Shown: positions 1-24,945, numbered from the stretch's first letter. The stretch: 64,000 nt of DNA from the human T2T-CHM13v2.0 reference genome, Homo sapiens (GCF_009914755.1 NC_060932.1); one strand, 5' to 3'. Program-made: numbers and translations. Notes: a model not told the origin generated them from the sequence alone.

Positions 1-16
1 GACCCGGTATATTGAG
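1..16 (+). CDS. ESRP1: ESRP1 coding exon (exon 8, 3' end only; ...TRYIE, qRRM1)
   Basis: G ACC CGG TAT ATT GAG followed by donor GTATGT at 17; splices in frame to the next exon giving RYIEVYKA, the qRRM C-terminal motif. Confidence 0.9.
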
Positions 17-110
17 GTATGTCCTCAAAACCTGAACCCCTGGACATCGTGAATGAGAATTAACATAGGACGGAAGGCTCAGAAACACTAACTTCTCTGT
101 CTTTTCTCAG

Positions 111-153
111 GTTTACAAAGCAACAGGTGAAGATTTCCTTAAAATTGCTGGTG
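111..153 (+). CDS. ESRP1: ESRP1 coding exon 9 (43 nt; VYKATGEDFLKIAG)
   Basis: Branch-point-like CACTAAC (86-92), pyrimidine tract and CAG at 108-110; donor GTAAGT at 154; preceded by a 94-nt intron. Confidence 0.95.
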
Positions 154-419
154 GTAAGTGCCTTTTACATAATGTGGCTTTAGTTAATAAGAATCTAAAA
201 ATTTTGCATACTTAAATTTAGCAAGAGTAGGTGAATAGGGTCATGAATGGTTTTTATTTTCTAATGGAACATGGGAATAGATTTTCTTCCCCAGAGGTAG
301 AAGCTTCCGATAATAACAGTGAGCTTAATGTATAACACTTGTCCTAAGGCTTGAGCCAACTTACTATAGTTAAATAGCCATTAAAAATAGTACTATACAA
401 AGGTGAAAAGGTGATATGA

Positions 420-731
<312 letters not shown>

Positions 732-2019
732 TGAGCCCCTGTGCCCGGCCAGGAAATGATATTCTTGAAAAGAGTCAGAAAACTGCTTTCAAACGGCCAC
801 GCTGCAATACCTGGGATTGTTGCACATGTGCTTCTAATTTTTCTCTAAACTTAACACATGAGTCACCAGAAACATGGTAGTTTTGGGTCTCGTAGTATTT
901 TTGGATGTGTATTTACAGTAATATGGTTAAAAACAGGGTGGAACAGATGTGGTTTTTATCCAGTTATTTAGTGATTAATAACTTTAAAGGAAGTAACATG
1001 CATAAAACGTTGACTGCTTTTTGTCTGATTTTTTTCTATACATATATCTACTTTGTAAGTTTCTGTTGCTCATTCATATTGTTTTATAATTTCCTTTTAA
1101 TGTATATTAACATCATCCTACATTACTCAATTTTCTTAAATGTTAATTGCTACATAGTATTATATGTACCATAATATTTTGAAACATCTCTGTTGGAGCT
1201 GGGCACATGGCTTGTGCCTGTAATTCCAGCTACTTGGGAGGCTGAGACAGGGAGGATTGCTTGAGCCTTGGTGTATTTTGAGAATGGCCTGAGCAACATA
1301 GTGAGATTCTGTCTGTAATAAATAAAATATCCCTGTTGAGCATTTAGAACTCATTTCCAACTTTTGACTTTAATATGTTGTCAATATTTTAAAATCTCTG
1401 TATGCGCCACTCATTGGGATAAATCTCTAAAAGCAGGATAGCTGAATCAAAGAATTTTGGACCTTTTCAACAGCCATTTGACACCTATTGCCAAATTATA
1501 TGAAGATGACTTTCACTGTGTAAAAGAACATTTGTATTCCTACATTACAGAGCCTGGGTGAAAATTTTGCAGCTATAGAACTTACCGGAACAGCATCCTA
1601 TTAACACAATCTGCTGGTATATTTTTGCTCCAGTTCATCTTTAGATAAACTCTAAGGCTTCAAAATTCAGGACTTCAAATTTAGGAGCATTTCCAGAGTT
1701 CCCAAGCAATGTTTGATATTGTTAGGGGTCAAATATATTTGGGGTGGTTTTACCTAAATCCTGACATTTCATGATAGATGCATTGCAACTTGGAGATGGC
1801 AAAGTCAATTGTTTATATCATTTCTGGGATTTCATTGTATATGGGCACTGCGATAAGAATTTGCTATTAGGGGCTGGGCTTGGTGGCTCATGCCTTTAAT
1901 CCCAGCACTTTGGAAGGCCAAGGCAGGCGGATCACTTGTGGTCAAGAGTTCGAGGCCAGCCTGGCCAATATGGTGAAACCCCATCTCTACTAACAATACA
2001 CAAATTAGCCAGGAGAGGG

Positions 2020-2021
<2 letters not shown>

Positions 2022-2058
<37 letters not shown>
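2022..2058. repeat. (GT)n microsatellite inside an Alu
   Basis: Pure GT run seen directly. Others: (GT)n ~3755-3782 and ~35950-35996, (TA)n ~17879-17914, (TTTA)n ~44397-44431, (ATT)n ~46359-46403, (CA)n ~50152-50181, (GATT)n ~62216-62243. Confidence 0.95.
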
Positions 2059-2062
<4 letters not shown>

Positions 2063-2499
2063 CCCAGCTACTCTGGGAGGCCGAGGCAGGAGAATCAACT
2101 TGAATCTCTGCGGCGGTGTTTGCAGTGAGCCGAGACCGTGCCACTGCACTCCAGCCTAGGAGACAGAGTGAAACTGTGTCTCAAAAAAAAAACAAAAAAG
2201 AAGCAAAAAGAAGAACGTGCTATTAGGGAAAATGTTACTAGTGTATGAGTTTCAAAGATATGCATTTAAGTATTTGCTATATGACAACACTGTACAAAAT
2301 GTTTTATGTTGGGCAGAATGTTGATCAATATTGAAAGTAGGTACCCCATATATTCATTATACTATTCTTTTTACTAAGAATGTTTGAACCTTTCTTAATT
2401 AAAAAAAAAAAAAGGTAATTGAGTTACTTGCAGATGGTTTTCTTGGGAGCAAAAGAGTAATCAGGAAAAGATTTTTTTAACCCAAAGTGCTTTATATCT

Positions 2500-2662
2500 A
2501 TTACCCTACTTAATTTTCATAATTTATGACATAGGCAATCTTACAGACAAGAAAAGTAAGGCACGGAGTTGAACTTGACTAAGATTATGCCCTAGTAAGC
2601 AGTAAAGCCAAGATTGGACCCAGGCATTCTGGCTCCAGGACCTGTGCCTTTAACTACCACAA
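2500..2662. mobile_element. MIR SINE (similar relics near 25920-26080, 26540-26640, 35010-35180, 39950-40150)
   Basis: Degenerate MIR core (TTACAGA..AGAAAA.TAAGGCAC.GAG; CCCAGGCA.TCTGGCTCCAG). Confidence 0.6.
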
Positions 2663-2898
2663 TGACTTACTAGTGATTGGCCCGTGATTTAATTGTCTTG
2701 CCAGCTTCCTAAATTAAGAAGGATGTTTTATGAAAAAGGGGAGGAGTTTCAAATTTAGAAAATTCTGATTTCTAGGATGTTATTTTGCGTTCAGTAGGAG
2801 TATGGGTCTTCATTATGAACTCAAGACATTGGCAGGACTTTTATCACTTTAAAATCGGTAAAGTTGATGTCTTAACTATTTCTCTCCCTGCTTCCTAA

Positions 2899-3252
<354 letters not shown>

Positions 3253-3750
3253 TAATTTCTGTTCTTTATCTCTGAAAATAGTCCTACATTGCTCATTATG
3301 TTAAAATAAAACTGGCAAAATACTAAAAGTGTAACTGCATGAAAATAGTCTTGATTCTATAACCAAGAGATAGCCGCTGTTATCCTGTACACACACACAA
3401 CACATACTACGTATTTTTACAGAAATGGGATACTGCTATAGCTGGATTTTTGTATTCTGTTTTAAAACTATGAAAGCTTACCTATGTCTGAAAAGTTTCA
3501 TCTTTAAATATCTCATGGAAGTGCATACTTTATCTAGAAATTCCTCTAGTGTACACTTAGATTGATTTTTTTCTACCAGAAGAAATTTCTATGTAAAATG
3601 CTTAAAAACCTGTCATCAATTTGATTTCTGTAGCATTGGATATAGAGTGTGAGCTTTTAAGGTTTTTAATGTGTTGCCAAATGTTATTTCCCAAAAGGCT
3701 TCATCGGTTTCATACCCTGCTGGTGAGCTCTGTCCTGTTTTACTAGCTTT

Positions 3751-3785
<35 letters not shown>

Positions 3786-4638
3786 AGATGGGGTCTTGCT
3801 CTGTCACCCAGGCTGGAGTGCAGTGGCGCAATCTCTGCTCACTGCAACCTCCGCCTACCCCAGTTGAAGCAATTGTCCTGCCTCAGCCTCTGAGTAGCTG
3901 GCATTACAGCTGCCTGCCACCACACCCAGCTAAGTTTTGAATTTTTAATGGAGATGGGGTTTCGCGGCAGGCTGTTCTCGAACTCCTGACCTCAGATGAT
4001 CTCCCACCTCGGGCTCCCAAAGTGCTGGAATTACAGGCATGAGCCACCACGCCTGGCAACTTTCAGCATTTTTGAGGCACAAAATGAGGCAATCACTTCC
4101 TCAAAATGTACTAAGATCTAGGCATTAAACCATTTATAGAATCTCAAGCTTTTCGACTGTTCTTGACTTACCAGCTACCAATTGAACATGTCTTCAGGGG
4201 TCAGTTTGCCTTTGTAGCATAAATGGTATAGACTGCTTTTCCAACTTGCTCTATTTGTGTCCCATAGTAGAATAGTGATTCATATGATTCCACAGGTCTG
4301 CTTTGTAAGTATTTAGGATACTTACTTAATTATTTCTGTGAGTTCATCAGAGTTTTGTGTAGCTTCTGCATCCCATTATATGTTGTGATTTTAAATAATT
4401 ATGCAAAGTTAAGAACCTTTTTACCTACTAGAATGCCAAAATTATTTTTGTACTTAAAATAAGTATAATTGAAATTCTAAATTATTTTTGTGTTCCATTG
4501 TACTGGTGCTCTTGAACCCTAAACTAGCTACATTCTTACAATTTAAAATTTAAATCTGGCCAGGCGCAGTGGCTCACGCCTGTAATCCTAGCACTTTGGG
4601 AGTCCAAGGCGAGCGGATTGCCTGAGCTCAGGAGTTCA

Positions 4639-5007
<369 letters not shown>

Positions 5008-6236
5008 TTATGAAATCATGGCCTAGAATAAGCTACTGCAAAGCCTGGGCTACTCTGTTGGTTTGGAAATAGAGTAGGCTGCCTCTCTATGATTCTACTA
5101 TGAGTTGCTTTTGGGTGTGCATTTTCTCTACTTCTCCATCCTTCTTGATTTATTTAATAAGTTTTGAACTAGTCATAGGTTCTTCCACTGTCTTTTCTTC
5201 ATTACTAGTCATTTTATTCAGTAAATATTTGAGCACCTCTTAATTGTCAGGTATTATGAGATGCTTCACCATTTCCTGTCCTGAGTTTATCTATTACTAC
5301 ACTAATTTTCTATTCTTGTTCTTCTAATGTTTTTGCTGTGTCTGGATTGTTTATATAACTTCTTATTAAAGTCTTCTTGTCTCTTTTTCATGCCGTTTCT
5401 CTGGTGGTGTGGTTTGATTTTTGTCCCCTCTTACTCAGATAGCAACTGAGCAGGGTGTGAGTGGGGAAATTAGTGCATGTTTTGGGGAAGGGTTCATTGA
5501 TTCTTCTATATTGTCAATTTATGGGATGTTAAAGGCTAGAGTGATTAAGTTGTTCAGAAAACCTGGAGATGCCACAGATGGCATTTGCCTAAGGACTTCT
5601 AGTATTATGAACTAGTTGGCATGCTCTGAGACAAAAGTGGACAAGAGCCTTGTAATATGAGTGTTGCCTAAGGGCAGTCTTTTGTCTAAAATTCGCCTAA
5701 CCTATCATCATCCATTTCCAAGATAGCTGAATTCCATGAATCTAGAAGATATTCAAGATCTTTTGTCTTACCACTGTCTCAAATTCACAGGGAAACTAAA
5801 CTACTATTCATCTTTACGGTCAACAAATGATTCTTTTCAGGTCTTTATACCCACCCATTCTGTCTTGTGCTATTATTCAGCATTATATTTTAATATAATC
5901 CAAAGTGATTGTTTGGCCTGTGATTCTTTTACTGGGTCATTCTCTATTTCTTTGGTTTGGAGGTGGAGTATGAAGGTAATGAGGGGAATACTGTGTACTT
6001 AGTGAAATGATATATTTCTACTTTTGCTACAAAAGTCCACATTTAGTGATATGTTCAGAATTGTATAAAAGTGGCAGCTTTAGGGATAATATCCCTCACA
6101 GATAGTGATACATTGTTACAGGTAGACACTAACTGTTTAAGTGTTTTGTGTTGTGTGTGGTGTACACCTCACAGTGTATTTGACAAAAATGAGTATCATG
6201 CTTTCCCTGCTGGAATGCATGAATCCCTTTCTCCAT

Positions 6237-6392
6237 TACTTCTCAAACTTGCATGTACTTCTGAATCACTTGAAGATTCAGTTCAGATGAAGATTCATAT
6301 TTATTAGGTCTGGGGTGAGCTGGATTCTGCATTTCTAACGAGCTTCCCAGTGATGCCATTGCTGATCTGCAGAAAGCAGGGGAGTAGCACAG
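6237..6392. mobile_element. MER5A-like hAT-Charlie DNA transposon relic just upstream of exon 11
   Basis: TTCTCAAACTT..GAATCAC..TAGGTCTGGGGTG..TTCTGCATTTCTAACGAGCTTCCCAGTGATGCC. Confidence 0.7.
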
Positions 6393-6419
6393 CTCTAAAT
6401 TACTTCTGTTTTGCTTTGA

Positions 6420-6824
<405 letters not shown>

Positions 6825-7479
6825 CACATCTAATTAAAAAGTACGTAATCCTCAGTTACACACTAAGTCTTTAAGGAAAGACTTAACTGTAAATACAAGA
6901 GGTCTTTAGAATGAACTGAAAATAATGCTGTCGTTAGTATAATAATTCAAATTCAGCTTTGATTTCTTCATCACAAATATCCATCACATTATCAATAGCG
7001 TCAAGTAGGCATGACATATATTATCAGTCTTGACACAATTTTTCTTATTTTGGCTGTTCAACTCTGCAACTCTGCTGTAGTGTTACAGCAATCATGGATG
7101 ATGCTTATTTTAACAAATAATCATATCTGTTCCAGAATATTTTGTATCCATAGACTATTTAGAAATGGCTTATTTCATATTTAATATATACATGTTAGAC
7201 ATCAAATTACATTCAATAGGAACCAAACTCAGTGAGGACTTGAATCCATACCACCTAGAAAGAACAGTATGTGTGGATCATAACAGGCTCTCAAATGTAT
7301 TAATGAATGAGTTGCTGAGAAGCCTGTATAAAAATCTAACTGAATTCTTCCATATGCAAATGTAAAGTATTTCCTAGCTTATTGTCACCTAATTTTTGGT
7401 TAAAGAAAATTATATTTGCTGGAAAATTTAACAGTATTTTGTGCTGTCATAAGCAAGATACAATTCTACAAACCCATAA

Positions 7480-12089
<4,610 letters not shown>

Positions 12090-13052
12090 TTAAATATGAG
12101 ATCAATATGTTAGTCTTTTTTCTATACGCCCATATTTAGCTTGCTATCTTATTCATCTCCATGGAAATGTAGAAACTCATAAGAACAAAAGACAATTTGA
12201 AGTCAGCTTGGAGATTTTTATGGGAAAAAGTTATTTCTTGGGCCTCTGCTGATTGCAAAATGTGGTGGTTCTAGGTATGAAGCTTAAAGTCAGGGACCCC
12301 ATATTCATTCAGCATCTCAACTTAACTCTTCTATTGGGTATAAATGGCCCGGATAGTTGTGTTCATTCCACAAGTGAAAGCTAGTGACCAGCCACTGGTC
12401 TTCTGTTTCTAAACCTAGAAGATGTTGGATAACCAGAAGACAATGCAGTTGGGGCCCATTTTTTAATTTAATCTGAGCCAGCTTTTTATTAGTTGATTCC
12501 CAGGAAGACTTAGGCATCAATTCCTTTGGGACTATTTCCCAGGTTGGATTTTTTTCTTTTTAAAGGTCTGAAGATATAAATTAGCTTCAAAGCCCATCAT
12601 GTGGCTAGCCTTTAGGTGAGAATAATGCAGAATTGATCTGCTTGTTTCTTTTAGGTCAGTTCCTTCTGGCACAGTCTATGCTTTGACCTAATATGTGGTA
12701 GTGGCCAAGAGAGGTTTATCATAACACTTCTCATTTGATGCTGTACTGACGGGTAGGTAGCAAGAGGGAGTAGAAGCATAACTTAAAATTTAAAATATTT
12801 AGTAGCCTCTAGTATGAAACTTAAACATCAGTTCCTTGTTTCTTTCCTCTGAGAGTTGGTTTGTAGTAACTGGCACTCAGGAACATGAGGGAAAAAAATT
12901 ACATATTGTGAAATGGTTGAGAAGACATGAAAATCCACTTGATTTTGGTGTTTCCGAATTTCAGGCAAAGAACTGTTTTTTAGGTTGACAGGGTGGAATT
13001 CAGATACTTCTATGCATTAACTGTATAATCAAAAGGAAATTGCTTGGGATAG

Positions 13053-13346
<294 letters not shown>

Positions 13347-16136
13347 TAAGGCTCTGACAGAGGTGGAAATGAGGGGCAGAAACAAAGGACTCCTTTGATA
13401 GCCAGTGCAAGAGCTCACAAAAGAATATTGTCTGCCATGTTGAAGGTTAGCGTGGCAGGCCACAGCCTCTGGTCATATCTCTGACCAAGAAGGTTGTTTC
13501 AAGACAAAGCAAAAGCAGTATAGTTTTTAACCATATACTGACAGCATGATCTTTTAGGTCACCTATGTCTACAGCTTTCCTTTTTTACCTCTCCTGTCAT
13601 AGGACCCCAAGTGAGTAGTGATGTGATCACTGCAATAGGATGGCAATATCAGATGAATGAATCATAAAACAGGAAAATTCATAACAGGAACAATGCTATT
13701 TTGAAGTAGTATGAGTTCATGTTATGGCACAGTGAATAAAAACTGTTGCTTTAAATATTCCAGGGCTTATATTCTTTTCCTCCTAAATCTTTAAACAAAT
13801 CTATAAACCAACCCAGAATTAGATTATTTAGTGTTTTCTTAGAGTCTATATATTTTAAGTCTGTCTTTTTAGTTGTGTTCAATTTCTCGGACATAGCATA
13901 CTAGCATATAATGGAGAGAATGTTGTCAGTCTGGGAGTTGGGAGACTGAATGTTAGTTTCTTTCCAAGCTATTTAGAAGAAATATTTGGAGTACATGCAC
14001 GAGCATGTAAATGAGGCTTATAATAAGTGTCTTGGACCTAACCTGTCTGATCCTACAGCTATGTTGCATTGTATTTTTCTTCCCTGTCCAATACAGAATT
14101 TTCCACTAAGGAGTAAGAGTTAGGGGTCTCATAATAACAGGCAAGTTTGTAGCCACTTTTAATTATGTTTTTTATTTTGTTAGAAGTTTTTAAAACATTA
14201 ATGCTATTGAAAATATTTTTTATTCCACTGGAGAAGAAAAATAAGAAAAAGGCTATGACAGTTGTCAGCTAGCTGTCTTCTGAAGGTTTGAAAAGGCTAA
14301 GAAGCATGAGTAACTGTTCATGATGGAATACTGTGCCAGACACGTAGCCCAGCCCCAATCTGCCACCCTCTCTGGACCCTGTGATAATTGCTTATGTCAT
14401 CAGAATGTCAGGAATGGAATCCTTGGTGTCTCTGAATGTCTGCCAGTGTTCTTGTTCCTACAGTGTAATTGTAGAATATCCACTTCCATCACTACTTGCC
14501 ACCTGAGTAGTGGTACAGGAAGGAGTTTCTTGGAAATGAGACCATGAATCTTGAAGCCCCAAAGGCAGAGGGAACTGACATTTATGGCTTAATAGCTCCT
14601 GTAATGTTGGATGTGGGCCTGTAGGTCAATTTTTTTTTTTCTACCAGTAGTTTTAAAATTTGTATTGTGCTCATTATTAAGTCTGAGTATAGGAGTGTAG
14701 TGAGTAAAAGTAAAGACTCCCATTTTATACACCTCTGAGTCTAGAAGTAACCGTTATTATCAGTTTGGTAATACACGTGTATGCTTCTAAATAATGTGAC
14801 ATCTTAATGTGTACTGTCTAATCGTTCCTTCTTTCTTTTTTTTAAAACTTGAAAATGTGTCAGTGACTTCTGTGTATATTTACCCCATTCTTGTAAATTC
14901 CTCAAAATGTCCAAAGAGTAAAAATATAATTTAAGTTTATTTGTAGATATCTGTACTTTTAATTTTTCTCTATTAAAGCTCATGTTGATCTTTAAATACT
15001 TGATTTTCTCTCTCTTTCTCAAACTTTTTTTCCCTGACTAAAGATGGGATTTTGCCGTTTTGCCTAGGCTGGTCTCAAACTCCTGGGCTCAAGTAATCCA
15101 CTGCCTCAGCGTCCCAAAGTGCTGGGGTTACAGGGGACATGCTTGTATTTCTGTAAGACAGTTTTACAGAAGTGGAATTTTAAAAAGGAAGGTCAGGTGC
15201 GTTATATATAAGCTAATACTTCCAAATTAACCCCTAGAGTGTGTTATTTTATTTTACATTTCCCCACTTTTAGTGAAATTACCTACATAACAACATGAAA
15301 GCATTCAAGCATGGGAATTATATGCTCTTATTTATGCTGCAAATCTGGTATGATTTAAAAAGCATATGCCAAAGATGTTTTATAATTTTGATAGAAAAAC
15401 ATTAATTTCTTTTTTTTTGAGTCGGAGTTTCGCTCTTGTTGCCTGGGCTGGAGTGCAATGGCGTGATCTTGTCTCACCACACCCTCCGCCTCCCGGGATC
15501 AAGCTATTCTCCTGCTTCAGCCTCCTGAGTAGCTGGCATTACAGGCATGTGCCACCATGCCCGGCTAATTTTATGTTTTTAGTAGAGAAGGGGTTTCTCC
15601 ATGTTGGTGAGGCTGGTCTCAAACTCCCGACCTCAGGTGATCTGCCCGTCTCAGCCTCCCAAAGTGCTGGGATCACAGGTGTGAGCCACCACGCTCGGTG
15701 AAAAACATTAATTTCTAACCTGGCATAACTACTGGGCATTTGAGGCTATTAAAAAACTTTGTTATGTAAATGCTCAAGTAGGTTTTGGCCTCCACTCTGA
15801 TAAGTGGGAAATCTGAAACAGCATATTCTAGGGATATTATTAATCAGAAGCTCTTGTGTTTTTCTTTATTTTTAAATTTCTTCCATTAAAAAAAAGCCAT
15901 AAGTGGTGGGTTATGCCTGTAATCCCAGCGCTTTGGGAGGCAAAGGTGGGAGGATCACTGGAAGCCAGTAGTTAGACACCAGCCTGAGTCTCAAAGTGAG
16001 ACTCTATCTCTACTAAAAATAAAAAACTGTGGCTCACGCCTGTAATCCCAGCACTTTGGGAGGCCAAGGTGGACGGATCACGAGGTCAGGAGATAGAGAC
16101 CATCCTGGCTAACATGGTGAAACCCCGTCTCTACTA

Positions 16137-16367
<231 letters not shown>

Positions 16368-16481
16368 TTATGAGGCTGAGATGGGCAAATCACTTGAGGT
16401 TAGGAGTTTGAGACCAGCCTGGCCAACATGGTGAAACTCCATCTACTAAAAAATACAAAAAGTAGCTGGGTGTGGTGGTCA

Positions 16482-16646
<165 letters not shown>

Positions 16647-17332
16647 TCACCCCTGTAATCCCAGCACTTCGGGAGGCCGAGGCAGGCAGATCACGAGGTC
16701 AGGGGTTCAAGACCAGCCTGGCCAATATGGTGAAACCCCACCTCTACTAATACCAAAATTGCCAGGGCATGGTGGTGGGCACCTATAGTTCCAGCTACTC
16801 CGGAGGCCAAGGCAGAAGAATCGCTTGAACCTGGGAGGCGGTGGTTGCAGTGAGCCAAGATCATGCCACTGCACTCCAGTCTGGGTGACAGAGCGAGACT
16901 CAGTCTCAAAAAATAAAAATAAATGATGCTGTCACAACAGCATCTGGAAGAGCAGGTGAAATGAAAGCATGTATGCCTCATGTGGTTTTGTTTTCTCTTT
17001 TTGGGCTTTTCACCCCCTTCTCTACCTCAGAAGAGGGTTTCAGTTTTCCAGTGACTCATACCTTAGCTAGGGCAGAAAAGTATTTAGAAGGGCTTTCTAT
17101 TTGGGTCCTCTCTGATTATCAGTGCAAAATCAGTTACCTCACATCTTTTCTCTTTCATTACATCAAGCCCTACTTTTTCTTCTGACCTCTCATTTTTCTC
17201 AGAAAAGAATATTCTCCTTTGCATCAAAGCTGTTGCATAGGTGGGAGACATGCTGATTCTTCAAAGACTGAATGACATACATACCTTCTATGCATCTCTT
17301 GCTTTTCGTACGACATTATAAATTACAAGTAA

Positions 17333-17512
<180 letters not shown>

Positions 17513-17873
17513 TGACTTTTTGTGGAGACGGGGTCTCACTTTGTTGCCCACGCTGGTCTCAAAGTACTGAGCTCAAGCAATCTTCCCACGTCAGCCTCCC
17601 AATGTGCTGGGATTACAGGTGTGAGCCACCATGCCCAGCCAAGTAACAACATTTTGCGCCAACAAAGGAAGCACAGGAAGTTTTACTTTTTTTAATGAGT
17701 GATGTAGTCACAAGTAGACTGCGCATGCTTGTATAAAAGCTTTATGGTGAGGAATAACCATTGTCTTTCTTGGGGTAACCATTTGTTTTAAAACCAGCTT
17801 TTGTTATAACCTAATGAATGAATATATATATGTGTGTATATACATATATATATTCATTATTCAATATATTCAT

Positions 17874-17932
<59 letters not shown>

Positions 17933-17942
17933 TTTTTTTTGA

Positions 17943-18101
<159 letters not shown>

Positions 18102-21100
18102 TAGTAGAGACGGTGTTTCTCCATGTTGGTCAGGCTAGTCTCCAACTCCAGACCTCAAGTGATCCGCCCGCCTCGGCCTCCCAAAGTGCTGGGATTACAG
18201 GCGTAAGCCACCGCGCCCGGCCTATGAATATGTATATTTAGTAATATGTATGTGTTACTAAACACATTGATCTTTGGTTTGTTGTGTTACTGTGTTCTAT
18301 CCTGGAATTCTTTGTAGTTGAACCAGAAGAATACCAAGCCTCTGAGAGAGGCTTACATTTCCTATTTTGAACTTGCTCTTCTTATTCCAGTTTACTTTTT
18401 TACTTGAAATTTGTATTGAGATTCACATGCAGTTGTAACAAATAATACATGGAGATCCCTTGTACACTTCGCCTAGTTTATCCCAATGGTAACATATGGG
18501 AATCAGTTTACTTTCTAATTTGCTTGTTGTTGCAAGTGTTCTCATAGGACCAAGAAAAAAGAATTCTTGATTTAAAAGTTTTCTTACAAGTTAAATATTT
18601 AGTATCACAAATGCAGACAAGAATTTAGCATCCAATGAAATGATGCTAGAAATAATAGTAATAGTGATGCAATATGAAGCAATATTATAATATGAGAGAA
18701 GTGTCAGGTAATTTTTGTGGGTGGTCATGATTATGATTATCAGGTTTTTTAGTTTGGATTAGGTTTCTAAATGATGTAAGGGAGAACAACTGCCGTGGGC
18801 AACTCACTCTCTCCTACTAGTCAGTGAGAGTTCAGAATGGCTTTCAGGGAGGAAATGACCCTTTGCTAATGTAAAAACTTCAATGGCGCGATCTCAGCTC
18901 ACCACAACCTCCGCCTCCCAGGTTCAAGCGATTCTCCTGCCGCAGCCTCCCGAGTAGCTGGGATTACAGGCATGCACCACCATGCCCAGCTAATTTTGTA
19001 TTTTTGGTAGAGATGGAGTTTGTCCATGTTGGTCAAGCTGATCTCGAACTCCCAAAATCAGGTGCTGTACTAGCCTCGGCCTCCCTAAGTGCTGGGATTA
19101 CAGGTGTGAGCCACTGCGCACGCCTTGGGGTAAATTTAAGTTTAGTTACCAAACTTTTTTGACAGCACATAAATTTGCCAGGTATTTGGGTGAGATAGAT
19201 TGTTGGGAGATTTATTTATTTGTGCCAAAGTGTTTTCCTATTTATTTGTTTGGTTCCTTAGACTTTCTCTGAGTGGTAGAAGTGCAGGCCTGGAGAAGCC
19301 TGTATGGACTTTTAGGAGCACTAACAGAAATCCAGCGTCCAGAGGTAGTCATCAGTCCATAGACTGCTGTAGTTATTAAATCCATGAAGAATCTCGAAAA
19401 GTTAACCTTGTTAATTTCAGATGAAAATTAAAGTCAGTTTAAAGGTTCCCTACATGAAAACTGACTTTAGGTTTTACACTGGCAAGGATTGAAACAGTAT
19501 GTCTCCAGTTACTCCCAAATATGTGGTATTTGTAACACTAGGGATGTTAATGTTGGTAAAATGGTTCTGTGTGGTCATTTTACAAAGCAGTGATAATTAG
19601 ATTTTTCTGCAGGGTTTCTCAAAAATGTGAAACAATATGTAGTCACTCATTCAGAGGGGAGACTGTAATTCTCTAATCTTCCACTTAATCAATTTCTCTA
19701 ACCATACATATGATACTTTGGCCTCTCTTTTTTAGTGAAATTATAGCAAGTCTGCAGGGCATGGTGGCTCATGCCTGTAATCCCAGAAATTTAAGAGGCC
19801 AAGGTAGGAGGATCGCTGGAGCCCAGGAGTTCGAGACCATCCTGGGCATGCAAAAAATTTAAGTTGGGATGGTGGCACCCATTTGTAGTCCCAGCTACCT
19901 GGGAGGCTGAGGCTAGAGGATTGCTTGAGCCTGGAGATTGAAGCTGCAATGAGCTGTGATCGTGCTCATTGTGGTGTGGGAGACAGCACAAGCCTGTCTT
20001 TAAAAAAAAAAAAAGCCATATATATCTATATATGGCAAATCCTCAAATTGTGAATGTTATCAATACTCTCATACTTCTGACTACCTTTATTTTAGAAATC
20101 ACCTGATAATATTAATTAGTATTACCAATGTTTGTATTTTGTGATTATTAAATGGAGGAAGAGTATTATAAGTCTTATTATCAATATAGCATATATTATG
20201 AGTATGTTGATGTGGTGGGCATCTTGGCATCCAGTATGTTCATATCTTGTTTTACATATAATTTTATATGATTTATTAGGCTACACTGTATATTATAAAA
20301 ATAGACAATATATGTCAGGGTCTGGAAAATATAGCATAGGGAGAAATTTGTGGATAGTCCAATAACAGAATCTTGGCCAATTAAATTGATATTGGCATAC
20401 CAGTGGGCTGTGCGGGAGCTTGAGGCTGCAGTGAGCTGTGATTGTGCCACTGCACTCTAGTCTGGTTGACAGTGAGACCCTGTCTCAGAAAACAAAACAA
20501 TAGGGTTGGGCATGGTGGCTTTGTAATCCCAGCACTTTGGGAGGCTGAGGAGAGCAAATCACCTGAGGTTAGGAGTTCAAGACCATCCTGGCCAACGTGG
20601 CAAAACTCCATTCTGAAAAAATAAAAAAATTAGCCAGGCATGGTGGCAGATGCCTATAATCCCAGCTATTTGGGAGGCTGAGACATGAGAATGGCATGAA
20701 TATGAAAGATGGAGGTTACAGATTGTGCCACTGCTCTCCAGCCGGGGTGACAGGGAGACAGTCTCAAAAAAAAAAACCAACAAAAACAAAACAATGGGCT
20801 GGGAGCAGGTAGTCAAAGCAAAGGAAGATTGAATGGTAAAATTCATAATTTTAAAGGAAAGGATATCATAACTTATCAGGGAAATGGAATTTTTATTTAC
20901 ATTGTGCTTGGAAAAACTTAATACCTATATATGTTGTTTTGTTTGAGACACAGTCTCCCTCTGTCACCCAGGCTGGAGTGCAGTGGTGCAATCTCGGCTC
21001 ACTGCAACCTCTGCCCCCTGGGTTCAAGCGATTCTCTTGCCTCCGTCTCCTGAGGCACCCACTACCCTGGCTAATTTTTGTATTTTTAGTAGAAACAGAG

Positions 21101-21919
21101 TTTTGCCATGTTGGCCAGAGTGGTCTCGAATTCCTGACCTCCAGTGATCCACCCGCCTCGGCCTCCCAAAGTGCTGGGATTACAGGCATGAGCCACCAGG
21201 GCTGGCCTACGTTACCTATATATGTACAGAGGATATTAAGTGCTGCAGTGGAGGAAGTCTTCAGCAACTTTATAATATATTAACTCATGTATTTCATTCA
21301 GTAATTTCCTAACATGATCTTGGTGCAGCTTACTGAAGGAGCCTTGGCTGTGATCCTAAGTAATCAATGTCTTTGCAACTGTGATGCTCTAGCAGTTTTC
21401 TGGATACAAGCCTTTGGAACAGCCCCTCTAGTATTAATTTCTTTCCCTTCATTTCCTCTCACATCCCTTCAGCTCTTTGTTCAGGTTACCCTAAGGTTGC
21501 TTATCCAGCTCAAGGACAGTCTCCTTGTTAGTTTATTTGATGTGGTACAGTCTCCAAAACTGTAGGACCTTTGAATACACTGTTACATTGACTTGGTCAT
21601 TTGTCCCTAACCCTTCGGTTCCTCTATGGTCCTATCAATTTTTGAACTTTTATATCTTTTGAGTACAAGTTACATTATTGACACAATGTATATATGATAT
21701 GTTAATAAATACTGGCACTTGAGAATCTGAAATGTAAAGGTATAATGGAGGTAAAAATCTAAAACAGTGACATTATTGAACATAACTTCAGATGAGTTAC
21801 TAATTGGCATAGCTCTTTTTTAAGAACTTTTTATTCTTATTTGGCGTGCAATTAGAAAATTTCATGCTTAATCCTTATATTTCTCTAAACTACTGCCATA
21901 AAGCCTGTACACATGATTT

Positions 21920-24560
<2,641 letters not shown>

Positions 24561-24789
24561 TTTTTATAATGTAAATTATTTTTGCTGATTCTTATTTCAG
24601 TAATCCACAAAAGACCTTAAGATTTAGAATTTAGGGTTTTTTTGTTTTGAGACAGAGCCTCACTTTGTTGCCCAGGCTGGAGTGCAGCCGATCTTGGCCC
24701 ACTGCAACCTCTGCCTCCTGGGTTCAAGTGATTCTCGTGCCTCAGCCTCCCAAGCAGCTGGAATCACAGGCATGTGCTATGATGCCTGG

Positions 24790-24842
<53 letters not shown>

Positions 24843-24843
24843 A

Positions 24844-24945
<102 letters not shown>
